Positions 25,225 through 34,887 of a stretch of DNA of 37,271 bases are shown here, in pieces. Each line of letters opens with the position of its first letter. Position 1 is the stretch's first letter. The DNA comes from Chloroflexota bacterium (GTDB taxonomy: Bacteria > Chloroflexota > Chloroflexia > QHBQ01), in the NCBI GenBank assembly GCA_043754535.1, contig JAYUUN010000069.1, forward strand, positions 1 to 37,271. The letters run 5' to 3'. The translations under genes and the position numbers were made by a program. The notes under the pieces are model-generated. The model was given only the letters and a program-made list of their open reading frames with translations, was not told the DNA's origin and searched no databases.

Positions 25225-25728
25225 ATGATCGTACGTTCTGCCACTGAAGCTGATCTACCTGCGATCCTGACGATCTACAACGAGGCAGTGCTACACACTG
25301 TCGCCACGGCGGATGTAGTGGAGCAAAGCCTGGCCGCCCGCCAGACCTGGTATGCTGAACACCTGGCCGCCAGCCTGCCGATGTTTGTTGCTGAAGAAGG
25401 GGGGCAGGTGCTGGGTTGGGGCGCACTCAACCAGCATCGTCCACGCTATGGCTACCGCTTTACGGTGGAGAACTCGGTCTATGTCGCGGTGGTGGCCCAG
25501 GGTCGCGGCGTGGGCAAGCTGCTGCTGACCACGCTAATCGCCAGCGCGAAAGAGGGTGGCTACCACACGATCCTGGCTGGGATCGATAGCGGCAACACAG
25601 CCAGTCTGCACCTGCACGCTGCCTTTGGCTTTCAGACCGTCGCGCAACTAAAGGAAGTGAGCTACAAGTTCGACCGCTGGCTGGACGTGATCTATATGCA
25701 GTTGATGCTGGATGACAGGACAAAATGA
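25225..25728 (+). CDS. GNAT N-acetyltransferase, phosphinothricin/methionine-sulfoximine (Pat/YncA/MddA) family
   Basis: IYNEAV...[27 protein letters not shown] and KFDRWLD motifs. Confidence 0.9.
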   Translation: MIVRSATEADLPAILTIYNEAVLHTVATADVVEQSLAARQTWYAEHLAASLPMFVAEEGGQVLGWGALNQHRPRYGYRFTVENSVYVAVVAQGRGVGKLLLTTLIASAKEGGYHTILAGIDSGNTASLHLHAAFGFQTVAQLKEVSYKFDRWLDVIYMQLMLDDRTK

Positions 25729-26837
25729 TGGCTGATTTGAGCGTAGAGGGGCTACCCGCCACCGCCAGCAACAAGCATGACGAAGTGCTGCTCGATGTGC
25801 AGCACCTCAAGATGCTCTTTCCGATCACCCAGGGTTTGATCCGCCAGCGGGTGACGGGCTACGTCCATGCGGTTGACGGGGTGGACTTCAGCATCCAGCG
25901 GGGCGAAACGCTGGGGCTGGTCGGCGAGAGCGGCTGCGGCAAGTCCACTACTGGGCGGGCCGTGCTGCAACTCTATCGACCCAGCGAAGGCCACGTCTAC
26001 TTTCATGGCCGTGACCTGACCACTATGAGCCGCGAGCAGTTGCGCCTGGAGCGGCGGCGGTTGCAGATTATTTTCCAAGACCCCTACGCCAGTCTCAACC
26101 CGCGCATGACCGTTGCCGACATCGTAGGCGAACCCCTGCGTGTCCACAAGCTGGCGCACGGGCCGGGGCTGATCAAGCGGGTGCGCGAGTTGCTCGGCAC
26201 CGTCGGCCTCAACCCCGGCTTCGCCAACCGCTACCCGCACGAGTTCAGCGGCGGGCAACGCCAACGCATCGGCATCGCTCGCGCCCTGGCGGTTGAGCCA
26301 GAGTTCATCGTTGCCGACGAGCCGATCTCGGCCCTAGATGTGTCAATCCAGGCGCAGATCATCAACCTGCTGCAAGACTTGCAGGGCGAGTTCAAGCTGA
26401 CCTATCTCTTTATTGCCCACGATCTCAGCGTGGTGCGCCATATTAGCGACCGCATCGCGGTGATGTATCTTGGCAAGATCGTGGAGATCGCCGACCGACT
26501 CGACCTCTACCGCAATCCCCTGCACCCCTACAGCCAGGCGTTGCTCTCAGCAGTGCCGATCCCCGACCCGGTAGCCGAACGCAGCCGACGGCGCATCATC
26601 TTGCAAGGGGATGTGCCGAGTCCAGTCAACCCGCCGAGTGGCTGCCGCTTCCGCACCCGCTGCCCGATTGCGATCAAGGAGTGCGCCGAGGTGGTGCCAG
26701 CGTTGGAGGAGAAGACCCCCGGCCACTTCGCCGCCTGCATCCGCCAGCCGGTAACCACTGGTAGCGGGGCCGAAGTTGGGGCTGCTAGCAGGCTAGCGAC
26801 GGAGACGGAGCAACTGAAGCCGTACGGGGTGGGCTGA
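25725..26837 (+). CDS. oppF: Peptide ABC transporter ATPase
   Basis: [29 protein letters not shown] and GCRFRTRC motifs. Confidence 0.93.
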   Translation: MMADLSVEGLPATASNKHDEVLLDVQHLKMLFPITQGLIRQRVTGYVHAVDGVDFSIQRGETLGLVGESGCGKSTTGRAVLQLYRPSEGHVYFHGRDLTTMSREQLRLERRRLQIIFQDPYASLNPRMTVADIVGEPLRVHKLAHGPGLIKRVRELLGTVGLNPGFANRYPHEFSGGQRQRIGIARALAVEPEFIVADEPISALDVSIQAQIINLLQDLQGEFKLTYLFIAHDLSVVRHISDRIAVMYLGKIVEIADRLDLYRNPLHPYSQALLSAVPIPDPVAERSRRRIILQGDVPSPVNPPSGCRFRTRCPIAIKECAEVVPALEEKTPGHFAACIRQPVTTGSGAEVGAASRLATETEQLKPYGVG

Positions 26838-26887
26838 TTGGCTGCCTGCCGCTTCCTCACCCGTTTGCTCAGCTATGCCCGCACTGT

Positions 26888-28192
26888 TCAGTCCTGGCCC
26901 AAGCCAAGCGGCACTTCCAACCTGACCGCCGTACCCTCGCCGGGGACGCTGACCACGTATAGTTGGCCGCCGACCTGGGCTGCCCGCTCGTACATATTGC
27001 CGATACCCAGATGACCAGGGCGGGCGCGCTCATCCTGGCTGAAGCCGATACCGTCGTCGTGAACCATCAGGCTGACCCGCTGAGGGTCAAGATTGAGGCT
27101 GATGGCGATCTGGCTGGCGTGGGCGTGGCGGGTGGCGTTGTTGGTCGCCTCCTGGGCCACGCGGTAGATCGCCTCTTGCAGGGGGGGCGGCAACTGCTGC
27201 TCGGCGGCCAGTTGGCTGCTGATCACAAACTGGATGTTGTAGCCACGCCCTTGCAGCGCGTCCACGTAGCGGCGCAGTGCATCCTCCAGCCCCACCTCGT
27301 CCACCCCGATAGGCCGCAGTTGAAAGAGGAGGGCGCGCATCTCGCTGAGGGCATCGCTGCTGAGGGTCGCCATCTGGTCAAGGGCGGTGGCGGCCTGCTC
27401 TGGGTGGCTCTGCCAAATGCTGGGGATCACCTGGCTGATCAGGTTGATCGCAAAGAGCGACTGCGTAACCGAGTCGTGCAGGTCGCGGGCCAGCCGTTGG
27501 CGTTCCTCTTGGGCCGCCAGTTCGCGGGCTTGGTGGTGCAGTTGCGCGTTCTCAATCGCCTGGCCCGCCTGGTGGGTGAGCAGTTGGAGTAGGTGGACAT
27601 CCTCCTCGCTAAAGTTGGCAGGGCGGTCGCTGGCGACGTTCAGCACGCCGAGCAGGAGGCCGCGGAGGCTGATCGGCACCACCGCCATCGAGCGGGCGTG
27701 CAGCGGGTCGGCAATGCGGCGTAGCACTAGCGGCTCCGTATGCGTATCGGCCACCAGCTTCGCCAACCCATTAGCAGCCACCCCGCCGGTGACTCCCTCG
27801 CCCACCTTGAAGTTGAGGATGCTAAGGGCAGAAGGCGGCAGCCCATAAGCGGTGCGGGCGGCCAACACCCCCGCCTCGTGGTCAATAATGAAGATGGTAG
27901 CCTGGGGCGCACCCAGCAGGTGGGCGGCTGCGGTGCAAATCTCCTGCAACACCTCATCCAATTCCAGCGAGATGCCAATGCTGCGGGTCAGCTTGTAGAG
28001 GCGGGTAAGCTGGCGGGTGCGCTCCCGCTCTGCCGTGTAGAGGTCGGCCAGGGCGGTCAGCAGCGTAGCAGCGTCGGCCTCGTCGCCTTCTGCACCCACC
28101 GCCTGCAAGGCCGCCTCAAGCGTAGCCTGCTCAAAGCTGGGCGCACGCCGCTGCAAGTGGGCCAACAGATTGTCGTAGAGTGGCTTGCTCAT
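26888..28192 (-). CDS. Cytoplasmic GAF-HisKA_3 sensor kinase (NarX/LiaS class), orphan
   Basis: GAF domain; ERQRLARDLHDSVTQ, QEATNNATRHA, DDGIGF and GHLGIGNMYERA motifs. Confidence 0.92.
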   Translation of the reverse strand: MSKPLYDNLLAHLQRRAPSFEQATLEAALQAVGAEGDEADAATLLTALADLYTAERERTRQLTRLYKLTRSIGISLELDEVLQEICTAAAHLLGAPQATIFIIDHEAGVLAARTAYGLPPSALSILNFKVGEGVTGGVAANGLAKLVADTHTEPLVLRRIADPLHARSMAVVPISLRGLLLGVLNVASDRPANFSEEDVHLLQLLTHQAGQAIENAQLHHQARELAAQEERQRLARDLHDSVTQSLFAINLISQVIPSIWQSHPEQAATALDQMATLSSDALSEMRALLFQLRPIGVDEVGLEDALRRYVDALQGRGYNIQFVISSQLAAEQQLPPPLQEAIYRVAQEATNNATRHAHASQIAISLNLDPQRVSLMVHDDGIGFSQDERARPGHLGIGNMYERAAQVGGQLYVVSVPGEGTAVRLEVPLGLGQD

Positions 28193-28341
28193 GCCCCCAT
28201 TGTACCAGATCGCCGCCCGGTTCGCGGCTGGGGTAGCAGTTTAGGGCAGGCCAGGGTAGCGGTTCCAGCCTTGCCAACCGCCGCCCAACTGCGGTATGAT
28301 AATTGCAGCAGTTGCTGATACAGTATAGATGGGGGCGCACA

Positions 28342-29250
28342 GTGGAGGAGCAGCAGGCACGCACGAACAAGCTACGCACGGCAGAGGAAGCAATCCGCGA
28401 GATGGTGCCGAACCCCTGCCCGGTGCTGGCGGTGGGTGGTATGCACCAGCAGAACGCACCGATGACCCTGGTGCGTGAGGTGATCCGCCAGCGGATACGG
28501 ATCGGGCGGCTAATCACCAGCCCTTCAGCCAGCATCCAGGCCGACTTGCTGATCGCTGCGGGATTGGTGGAGGAGATCGTGACCAGCTATGTCGGCTTCG
28601 AGTACCTTGGCCTGGCCCCCGCCTTCCGCCGAGCGGTCGAAGCGGGCAAGCTGCGCCTGGTCGAGGCGGACGCGCCGCTGCTGGTCTATGGCTTGCAGGC
28701 GGCAGCCGCTGGTCAGCCCTTCGCTACCCTGCCCCCCGGCCTGGAACTGAGCGACGTGCATAGGGCTGCGCCCACCTTCTACAAGTGGACTACCGACCCT
28801 TACACTGGCGTGCCAGCCCTCTGCGTGCCGCCGCTGCGCCCGACAGTCGCGCTAATCCACTGTCAGCAGGCCGACGAGTTTGGCAACGCGATCTTTCGCG
28901 GCTCGGTCTTCACCGACCGCTTGATGGCGATGGCTGCGGAGCGCACTATTGTGCAGGTAGAGAATGTGGTGCGGGCCAGCAGCCTCTACAGCATGGCTAC
29001 CCAGGTTGGCCTGCCAGCGGCCCTGGTTGCGGGCGTAGTCGAGCAGGCCTTTGGCAACCACCCTTGCGCCAGTCACCGCTACTACAACCACGATGAGCCA
29101 CACCTGAAGGACTACGTGAAGAAGGGAGGGACGGTGGAGGGCATGACCGCCTACCTGCAACGCTACGTCTACGAACCAGACAGCCACGAGGAATATATGC
29201 TGCGCGTCCGTACCGACACGCCCGACAGCTTCACCTCGCCTTCGCTCTAA
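28342..29250 (+). CDS. Family I CoA-transferase-fold subunit A (GctA/IpdA-like)
   Basis: GG....APM, DLLIAAG, GLQAAAAGQPF and HCQQADEFGN motifs; likely GTG start at 28342. Confidence 0.85.
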   Translation: MEEQQARTNKLRTAEEAIREMVPNPCPVLAVGGMHQQNAPMTLVREVIRQRIRIGRLITSPSASIQADLLIAAGLVEEIVTSYVGFEYLGLAPAFRRAVEAGKLRLVEADAPLLVYGLQAAAAGQPFATLPPGLELSDVHRAAPTFYKWTTDPYTGVPALCVPPLRPTVALIHCQQADEFGNAIFRGSVFTDRLMAMAAERTIVQVENVVRASSLYSMATQVGLPAALVAGVVEQAFGNHPCASHRYYNHDEPHLKDYVKKGGTVEGMTAYLQRYVYEPDSHEEYMLRVRTDTPDSFTSPSL

Positions 29251-29285
29251 TCGTACCGCTAGCCGCTAGCCCACACAGAGGAGCC

Positions 29286-30143
29286 ATGATGAACCAGCCC
29301 CTTAGTTTCTTCACTGCCCCAAAGAAGGAACCGCCCTTCAGCAGCAACGAACTGCTGGCCTACAATCTTGCCCTTGCTCTGCGCGACGGGGAGGTTGTGT
29401 TGACCGGGGCGAACAATGCGCTGCCCGTGGCTGCCTGCCGCCTGGCCCAACTGCTGCACGCGCCCAACCTCAGCTTCCTGGGTGGAGGGGGCGGTAGCGT
29501 CAACTCGCTGGTCGAGCCGTTGGTCTTCCCCTCGTGCGACTACAGTTACCTGGCGGCGGAGGCGGTCTTGCCGCTGCCAGAGTTGATCATGTTGCAGGGC
29601 AGACCAGGTTTCATCAACACCTTTTTTGCTGGTGGGATGCAGGTGGATCAGTTCGGCAATTGCAACCTCAGCAGCATCGGCCCCGACTGGCAGCAACCTC
29701 TGTTGCGCGGGCCGGGGGCGGCCAGCCTGCCGTTCATGAGCCGCTTTGGCCGCACGATCATCTACCTCAGTGCGCACACGCCGCGTATCTTCGTGCCGAA
29801 GGTAGACTTCATCACCGGCCCTGGCTTCTTGCATGGGGCAGTGGACTTCGCCCGCGCCCAGCAGGTCTTGCTGGCCGACGGCGGAGAGTACGCGCGGCCA
29901 ACCCCGCTCAGCAGCACTGGCCCCGCCCTGGTTGCTACCCCGCTGGCCCTGCTCGACTTCGACGAGAGCAGCAAGCGGATGCGGCTGCTTTCGCTGCACC
30001 CCGGCGTAACGCTGGCCCAGGTGCAGGCTGCCACTGGCTTCGACCTGCTGATCCCCGCCGCCGTGCCAATCACCCCCAGCCCTGATGCGGCGACGGTCAA
30101 GTTGATCCGCAGCTTCGACACCGAGGGGGTGCTGCGCCAGTAG
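29286..30143 (+). CDS. Family I CoA-transferase-fold subunit B (GctB/IpdB-like)
   Basis: GGMQVDQFGNCN, LRGPG, FVPKVDFIT, LHPGVT and TGFDL motifs; GAGGAG SD. Confidence 0.85.
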   Translation: MMNQPLSFFTAPKKEPPFSSNELLAYNLALALRDGEVVLTGANNALPVAACRLAQLLHAPNLSFLGGGGGSVNSLVEPLVFPSCDYSYLAAEAVLPLPELIMLQGRPGFINTFFAGGMQVDQFGNCNLSSIGPDWQQPLLRGPGAASLPFMSRFGRTIIYLSAHTPRIFVPKVDFITGPGFLHGAVDFARAQQVLLADGGEYARPTPLSSTGPALVATPLALLDFDESSKRMRLLSLHPGVTLAQVQAATGFDLLIPAAVPITPSPDAATVKLIRSFDTEGVLRQ

Positions 30144-30160
30144 TCTTGCGCCGCCTGGGT

Positions 30161-31753
30161 TTAGATGATGCCGTCGCTGGTGTCAGCGATCTGCGGCTGC
30201 TGGCGGGCGCGCTCTTGTTCGCGCAGTACGCGGCGCAGGATTTTGCCGCTGGACGACTTGGGGATCACATCAGTCACTTCTAGCAGGCGCACGCGCTTCT
30301 GGGGGCTGACGCGTCCTGCCACGTAGGCCATGATCTGCTCTGGCGTGGCCTCACCGCTCAGGACGACGTAGGCCTTCGGCACCTCGCCTGCCTCCTCGTC
30401 GGCGACCGGGATTACCGCTGCGTCCGCCACAGCGGGGTGGGTGAGCAAGATCGCTTCAAGCTCGGCGGGGGCAACCTGAAAGCCCTTGTACTTGATCAAC
30501 TCCTTCAGCCTATCTACGATGTAGAAGTAGCCGTCTGCGTCGGCATAGCCGAGGTCACCAGTGTGCAACCAGCCGTCTGGCTCGATCATGCTGGCGGTGG
30601 CGGCGGGGTTATTGAGATAGCCCTTCATCACCTGGGGGCCACGAATGCAGATTTCGCCGGTCTCGCCCGCACCCAGTTCGCGGCCACTCTCTGGGTCAAC
30701 TACCTTGACCTCGGTCAGGGGCATTGGCACACCAATAGAACCCTGCTTGATCAACTCGCTCTCGTCGGGGTTGATGTGCGTAACCGGGCTGGTTTCGGTC
30801 ATGCCGTAGCCCTGCTTGACGTTGCAGCCCAACCGCTCGGCGCAGGCAATCGCCAGTGCCGCACTGAGGGGGGCCGCCCCAGACATCACTACCTTCAGCT
30901 TGTCCAGCTTGTACTTGTCTACCAGCGGGTGCTTTGCCAGGGCAAGGACAAGCGGTGGGGCAACGTAAGCACGGGTCACCCCGTAATCCTGCATCAAGCT
31001 GAGGAACTGCTCCATATCGAAGCGCGGCATGGTGACTACGGTTGAGCCGCTGGCGACGGCCAGGTTGAGGATCAGCTCCATGCCGTAGATGTGGTAGAGC
31101 GGTAGGATACCAATCAAGGTGTCTTGCTCGTTCATCGGCTCGGTGACGCACTGGCATAGGTTGGCAACCAGGTTGCGGTGGGTTAGCATAACCCCCTTTG
31201 GCACGCCAGTGGTGCCGCTGGAATAAGGCATCGCCACCACATCCTCTGCCGGGTTGATCGCCACCTCTGGGGCTGGCTCGCTGCTCATCAGGCTGGCAAA
31301 AGGAGTCGCGCCCGCCGCCTCGCCAAAGACGAATACCTCCTCCACCTTCGAGTGCGCCGCTGCCTCTTGCGCCTTGTCCAGCAGTTGCGGGATGGTCAGC
31401 AGAAAGCGTGCGCCAGAGTCGTTTAGTTGGAAGGCCAGTTCCTCAGTGGTGTAGAGTGGGTTGGCAGTGGTGCAGACCGCCCCCAGCCGCCCGACGGCAT
31501 GGAAGGCGATGGCGTACTCTGGTATATTAGGCGCATAGATGGCGAACACCTCACCCTTCTTCAACCCGCGCTGGTGCAGACCGGCGGCTACGCTCCCAAC
31601 AGCCGATAGCAACTGACGGTAGGTGACAGTGCGGCCACTCGGCCCATCCACCAGGGCGGGCTTGTCGCCCAGAGCAGCGGCCCGCCGTAGCACATAGCTG
31701 GGCAGCGACACATCGGGTATCTCGACGGACGGGTAAGGGCTGGTGAAGATCAT
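30161..31753 (-). CDS. AMP-dependent acyl-CoA ligase, 4-coumarate-CoA ligase-like
   Basis: YSSGTTGVPKG, QGYGMTE, GEICIRG, LHTGD and DRLKELIKYKG motifs. Confidence 0.93.
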   Translation of the reverse strand: MIFTSPYPSVEIPDVSLPSYVLRRAAALGDKPALVDGPSGRTVTYRQLLSAVGSVAAGLHQRGLKKGEVFAIYAPNIPEYAIAFHAVGRLGAVCTTANPLYTTEELAFQLNDSGARFLLTIPQLLDKAQEAAAHSKVEEVFVFGEAAGATPFASLMSSEPAPEVAINPAEDVVAMPYSSGTTGVPKGVMLTHRNLVANLCQCVTEPMNEQDTLIGILPLYHIYGMELILNLAVASGSTVVTMPRFDMEQFLSLMQDYGVTRAYVAPPLVLALAKHPLVDKYKLDKLKVVMSGAAPLSAALAIACAERLGCNVKQGYGMTETSPVTHINPDESELIKQGSIGVPMPLTEVKVVDPESGRELGAGETGEICIRGPQVMKGYLNNPAATASMIEPDGWLHTGDLGYADADGYFYIVDRLKELIKYKGFQVAPAELEAILLTHPAVADAAVIPVADEEAGEVPKAYVVLSGEATPEQIMAYVAGRVSPQKRVRLLEVTDVIPKSSSGKILRRVLREQERARQQPQIADTSDGII

Positions 31754-31799
31754 CGTTGGCCTCCTCCAATTATGGGTTGCGTTGCCGTTTCGGTGCCGC

Positions 31800-31831
31800 T
31801 ATTATAGCACAAGGCGCAGTGTGCTATAATA
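31800..31831. promoter_or_regulatory. Back-to-back divergent extended -10 promoters forming a 12-bp inverted repeat
   Basis: TATTATAGCACA-N8-TGTGCTATAATA. Confidence 0.7.
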
Positions 31832-31858
31832 AGGCCAAACCATGATAGAGGTTCGCCT

Positions 31859-32299
31859 GTGTTCATCATCCTGTCGCTGATGTTGTTGCCCGTAATCCTG
31901 ATCCTGCTGCTGGCCCAGGTGTTCATTGCCCGCCGCACCTTCGCGGTGGAGGATAGCTCGTGGCTAGAGAAGTTCGTCACCCTCGCGGCGGTCAGCTTCG
32001 TGATTGCTGCCTTCTGGCTGGCCTATGGTGGCCTCTACACCTTCATTCTTGACAACGAGTTGGAGAACAAGCGCATCCCAGAGTGGTTGTACACTGGGCT
32101 GCTGCTGCTTGCCAGCCCCGCCGCCCCTTTCTTCCGCGTGCGTGGCCTCAGCTATTTCGTCTGCTACTATCGCGGCCACTGCCAGGCGGTAGAGCAGTTT
32201 GCTCCCCCGCTGTTCCTGTTCGTCCTGCTGCTGGTGATTGGCCTGCTGGTGGGCTGGCGCACCATGCGTCGCCAGCGTCGTACCGTGGAGGGCAAGTAG
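31859..32299 (+). CDS. Small 4-TM membrane protein, unknown function
   Basis: Hydrophobic helices, basic C-terminal tail, AGAGG SD before GTG. Confidence 0.7.
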   Translation: MFIILSLMLLPVILILLLAQVFIARRTFAVEDSSWLEKFVTLAAVSFVIAAFWLAYGGLYTFILDNELENKRIPEWLYTGLLLLASPAAPFFRVRGLSYFVCYYRGHCQAVEQFAPPLFLFVLLLVIGLLVGWRTMRRQRRTVEGK

Positions 32300-32427
32300 A
32301 ACGGCAGCGGCTTGTTGCTTGCAAGCTAAGTTCAGGGTGGCTAGTGGTCTGCCCCTGCCTACAGCAAGGAACGAGCAGTAGCTCTGTGATCGCACCCCGG
32401 CTGCCCTGCTTGCTCATGCTCTAGCTA

Positions 32428-32436
32428 TGCTATAAT
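32428..32436 (+). promoter_or_regulatory. Extended -10 promoter of the liv operon
   Basis: TGcTATAAT. Confidence 0.6.
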
Positions 32437-32503
32437 CGGCCCAGCGTTATCGCCCTGAGTTGGCGGGCTGGTCTTGGGTTTCTACGTACAAGGAGGAACT
32501 TCA

Positions 32504-33856
32504 ATGTCGAGGATAGCACGTAAGTTTGGCTTCTACCTGGTCGCACTGCTGCTGTGCAGTCTTGCGCTAGCCGCCTGCGATAACAACGCGACGACGGCAA
32601 CTACTGCCCCTACTAACACGCCGATGGTGGTGGGAGCGACAAACACAAGCGCAATCAGCGGCGGCATGGGCAACGCTACTGCGGAGCCGAACTGCACCGT
32701 CACTGCTAGTGGCAAGGTTTGTAGCACCTTTAGCACGGTTGCTACCGCGCTGAGTGGCGACGGTATGCCAATGACTGGCACAGGGGGCATGGGTGGGGGG
32801 CAGACTGGCACGGCCAAGATTGGCGCGATCCTCAGCCTCAGTGGGGCCGCTGCGCCCTACGGCACCAGCCAGAAGAACGGCCTGGAGATGGCCCGCGACG
32901 ACATTAACGCGATGGCAGGCGGTCTCAAGCTCGAACTGGACATTCAGGATGATGCTAGCAAGGCTGACCAGGCGGGGCAGGTAATGCAGAAGCTGGTTAG
33001 TGCCAAGTCGGTGCTGGTGATCGGGCCGACCCTGAGCAACGGTGCCTTCACCGCTGACCCCATCGCCCAGCAGGCGGGCATTCCAGTGCTGGCGATCTCT
33101 AATACGGCTGACAAGATCAGCGGCAAGAACGGCATCGGCGAGTACATCTTCCGCGCTAGCCTCTCTGAGCGGCAAGCGATCCCACCGACGATCAAGGCTG
33201 CGAAGGCCAAGCTCAACTTCAGCAAAGCGGCCCTGCTCTTTGGCGACGACGACGCTTTCACCAAGTCGGGGGCCGAGGTGTTCAAGCAGGCTTTGGCCGA
33301 CAACGGTGTGCAGATCGTAGCGACCGAGACTTACAAGAAGGGCGCAACCGACTTCAGCGGCCAGATCAGCAACATCAAGGCGGCAGCCCCGGATGTGATA
33401 GTCGTCTCTGGGCTGATCGCCGAGGCAATCCCCGTGGTCAAGCAGATGCGCGACGCGGGTGTTACTTTGCCGATCATCGGTGGCAACGGCTTCAACAACC
33501 CGCGCTTGTTTAGCAAGGAGAAGGGGGCGGGCGACGCTGCCGAGAACGTAATCGTCGGCGCGGCCTGGAACATCGCTAGCGACAACCCCAAGAGCGCAGA
33601 CTTCATCACCCGCTACCAGGCGAAGTTTGGCAGCAACCCCGATCAGTTTGCGGCTCAGGCTTACACCGGGCTGCACGTTGCCTACTTCGGCATCAAGAAC
33701 GCCAAGAGCATGAGCGGGGCAGATGTGGCGGCGGCCCTCCGCACTGTCAGCTACGACAGCGTGATGGGTGCCTTCAAGTTCAACGCCGACCAGGACCCTG
33801 ACATGGCGGCGGTTGTCCAAATCGTGCAAGGTGGCAAGTTCGCCATCTACAAGTAA
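32504..33856 (+). CDS. livJ: Branched-chain amino acid ABC transporter binding lipoprotein
   Basis: LAAC lipobox; KIGAILSLSG, IGPTLS and PDQFAAQAY motifs; AAGGAGG SD before ATG 32504. Confidence 0.9.
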   Translation: MSRIARKFGFYLVALLLCSLALAACDNNATTATTAPTNTPMVVGATNTSAISGGMGNATAEPNCTVTASGKVCSTFSTVATALSGDGMPMTGTGGMGGGQTGTAKIGAILSLSGAAAPYGTSQKNGLEMARDDINAMAGGLKLELDIQDDASKADQAGQVMQKLVSAKSVLVIGPTLSNGAFTADPIAQQAGIPVLAISNTADKISGKNGIGEYIFRASLSERQAIPPTIKAAKAKLNFSKAALLFGDDDAFTKSGAEVFKQALADNGVQIVATETYKKGATDFSGQISNIKAAAPDVIVVSGLIAEAIPVVKQMRDAGVTLPIIGGNGFNNPRLFSKEKGAGDAAENVIVGAAWNIASDNPKSADFITRYQAKFGSNPDQFAAQAYTGLHVAYFGIKNAKSMSGADVAAALRTVSYDSVMGAFKFNADQDPDMAAVVQIVQGGKFAIYK

Positions 33857-33926
33857 GCTGTTCGGGGTGGGGCTGGTAATCAGCCCCGCGCCACTGGCTA
33901 CGCACCCGTAGCAGGGAACCACGCCC

Positions 33927-34850
33927 ATGCACTGGCAGACGTTCGCGGTACTCGACGCGCAGCAGGTGGTCAACGGCATCTTCCTGGGCAGTATCTACGC
34001 ACTGTTTGCGCTCGGCTACACCCTGGTGTTCGGCGTGCTAGACATCCTTAATGTAGCGCACGCTGCCATCTTCATGGTGGCTGCTTTTGCCGCCTGGTGG
34101 GTGGCCGAGGCTTACGGCCAAAACCTGCTGGTTGCCGTGCTGGTTGCTGCCCTGGTGGGCGGTCTGCTAGGGGTGCTGCTCGATAGGATTGCCTTTTGGC
34201 CCTTGCGCCGTCAGGGTGCGCCCCAACTCTCGGCCCTGATCAGCAGCATCGCGGTTGCTACCATGCTAGAGGGGGCCGCTCTCGCCTTCTCGCACACAGA
34301 AACCAAGTACCTGCCAGCGGCGGTGGTGCCGGACGGTCGCTTCACACTCGGTAGCGGGACGGGGGCAGTGACAATCACCTTCGCTAAGCTAGTCGTTCTC
34401 GGCACTGCTTTGCTCGGCATGGTCGCCCTCACCTACCTGGTGCAGCGCACCCGACTGGGGCGCGAGATGCGGGCGGTTGCCGAGTCGCCAAAAGCCGCAG
34501 CTTTGTTGGGTATCAACATCGAGCGGGTGATCATGATCACCTTCTTCATCGCTTCGGCTCTCGGTGGGGTGGCGGGTCTGCTGTTCGCGGTCAAGGACGC
34601 GCCCTCACCCGTCAGCTACGACATGGGCAGCAAGGTAGAACTGAAGGGGCTAGCGGTGATCATCCTCGGCGGCATGGGTAGCATACCAGGCAGTGTGGTA
34701 GGCGGCTTCCTACTCGGCATCAGCGAGGTGCTGACCATCGCCCTCGGTGCCAGCGGCTACAGCGACGCGATCCCTTTCGCCATCCTCTTTTTGATGCTGC
34801 TGGTGCGCCCCAGCGGGCTGTTTGGCAGCCGGGCGCGGCGAGCGGGTTGA
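33927..34850 (+). CDS. livH: Branched-chain amino acid ABC permease
   Basis: QQVVNGIFLGSIYALFALGYTLVFG, GREMRAVAE, ILGGMGS and RPSGLFG motifs. Confidence 0.93.
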   Translation: MHWQTFAVLDAQQVVNGIFLGSIYALFALGYTLVFGVLDILNVAHAAIFMVAAFAAWWVAEAYGQNLLVAVLVAALVGGLLGVLLDRIAFWPLRRQGAPQLSALISSIAVATMLEGAALAFSHTETKYLPAAVVPDGRFTLGSGTGAVTITFAKLVVLGTALLGMVALTYLVQRTRLGREMRAVAESPKAAALLGINIERVIMITFFIASALGGVAGLLFAVKDAPSPVSYDMGSKVELKGLAVIILGGMGSIPGSVVGGFLLGISEVLTIALGASGYSDAIPFAILFLMLLVRPSGLFGSRARRAG

Positions 34851-34887
34851 TGCTTCTCCTCCCTCCACAGGCTCAGGGTGACGGTGC

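Noticed and set aside
31805..31826. CIRCE/HrcA operator (TAGCAC...GTGCTA)
   Set aside because: Spacer too short, inner TC/GA bases missing, and no chaperone genes nearby
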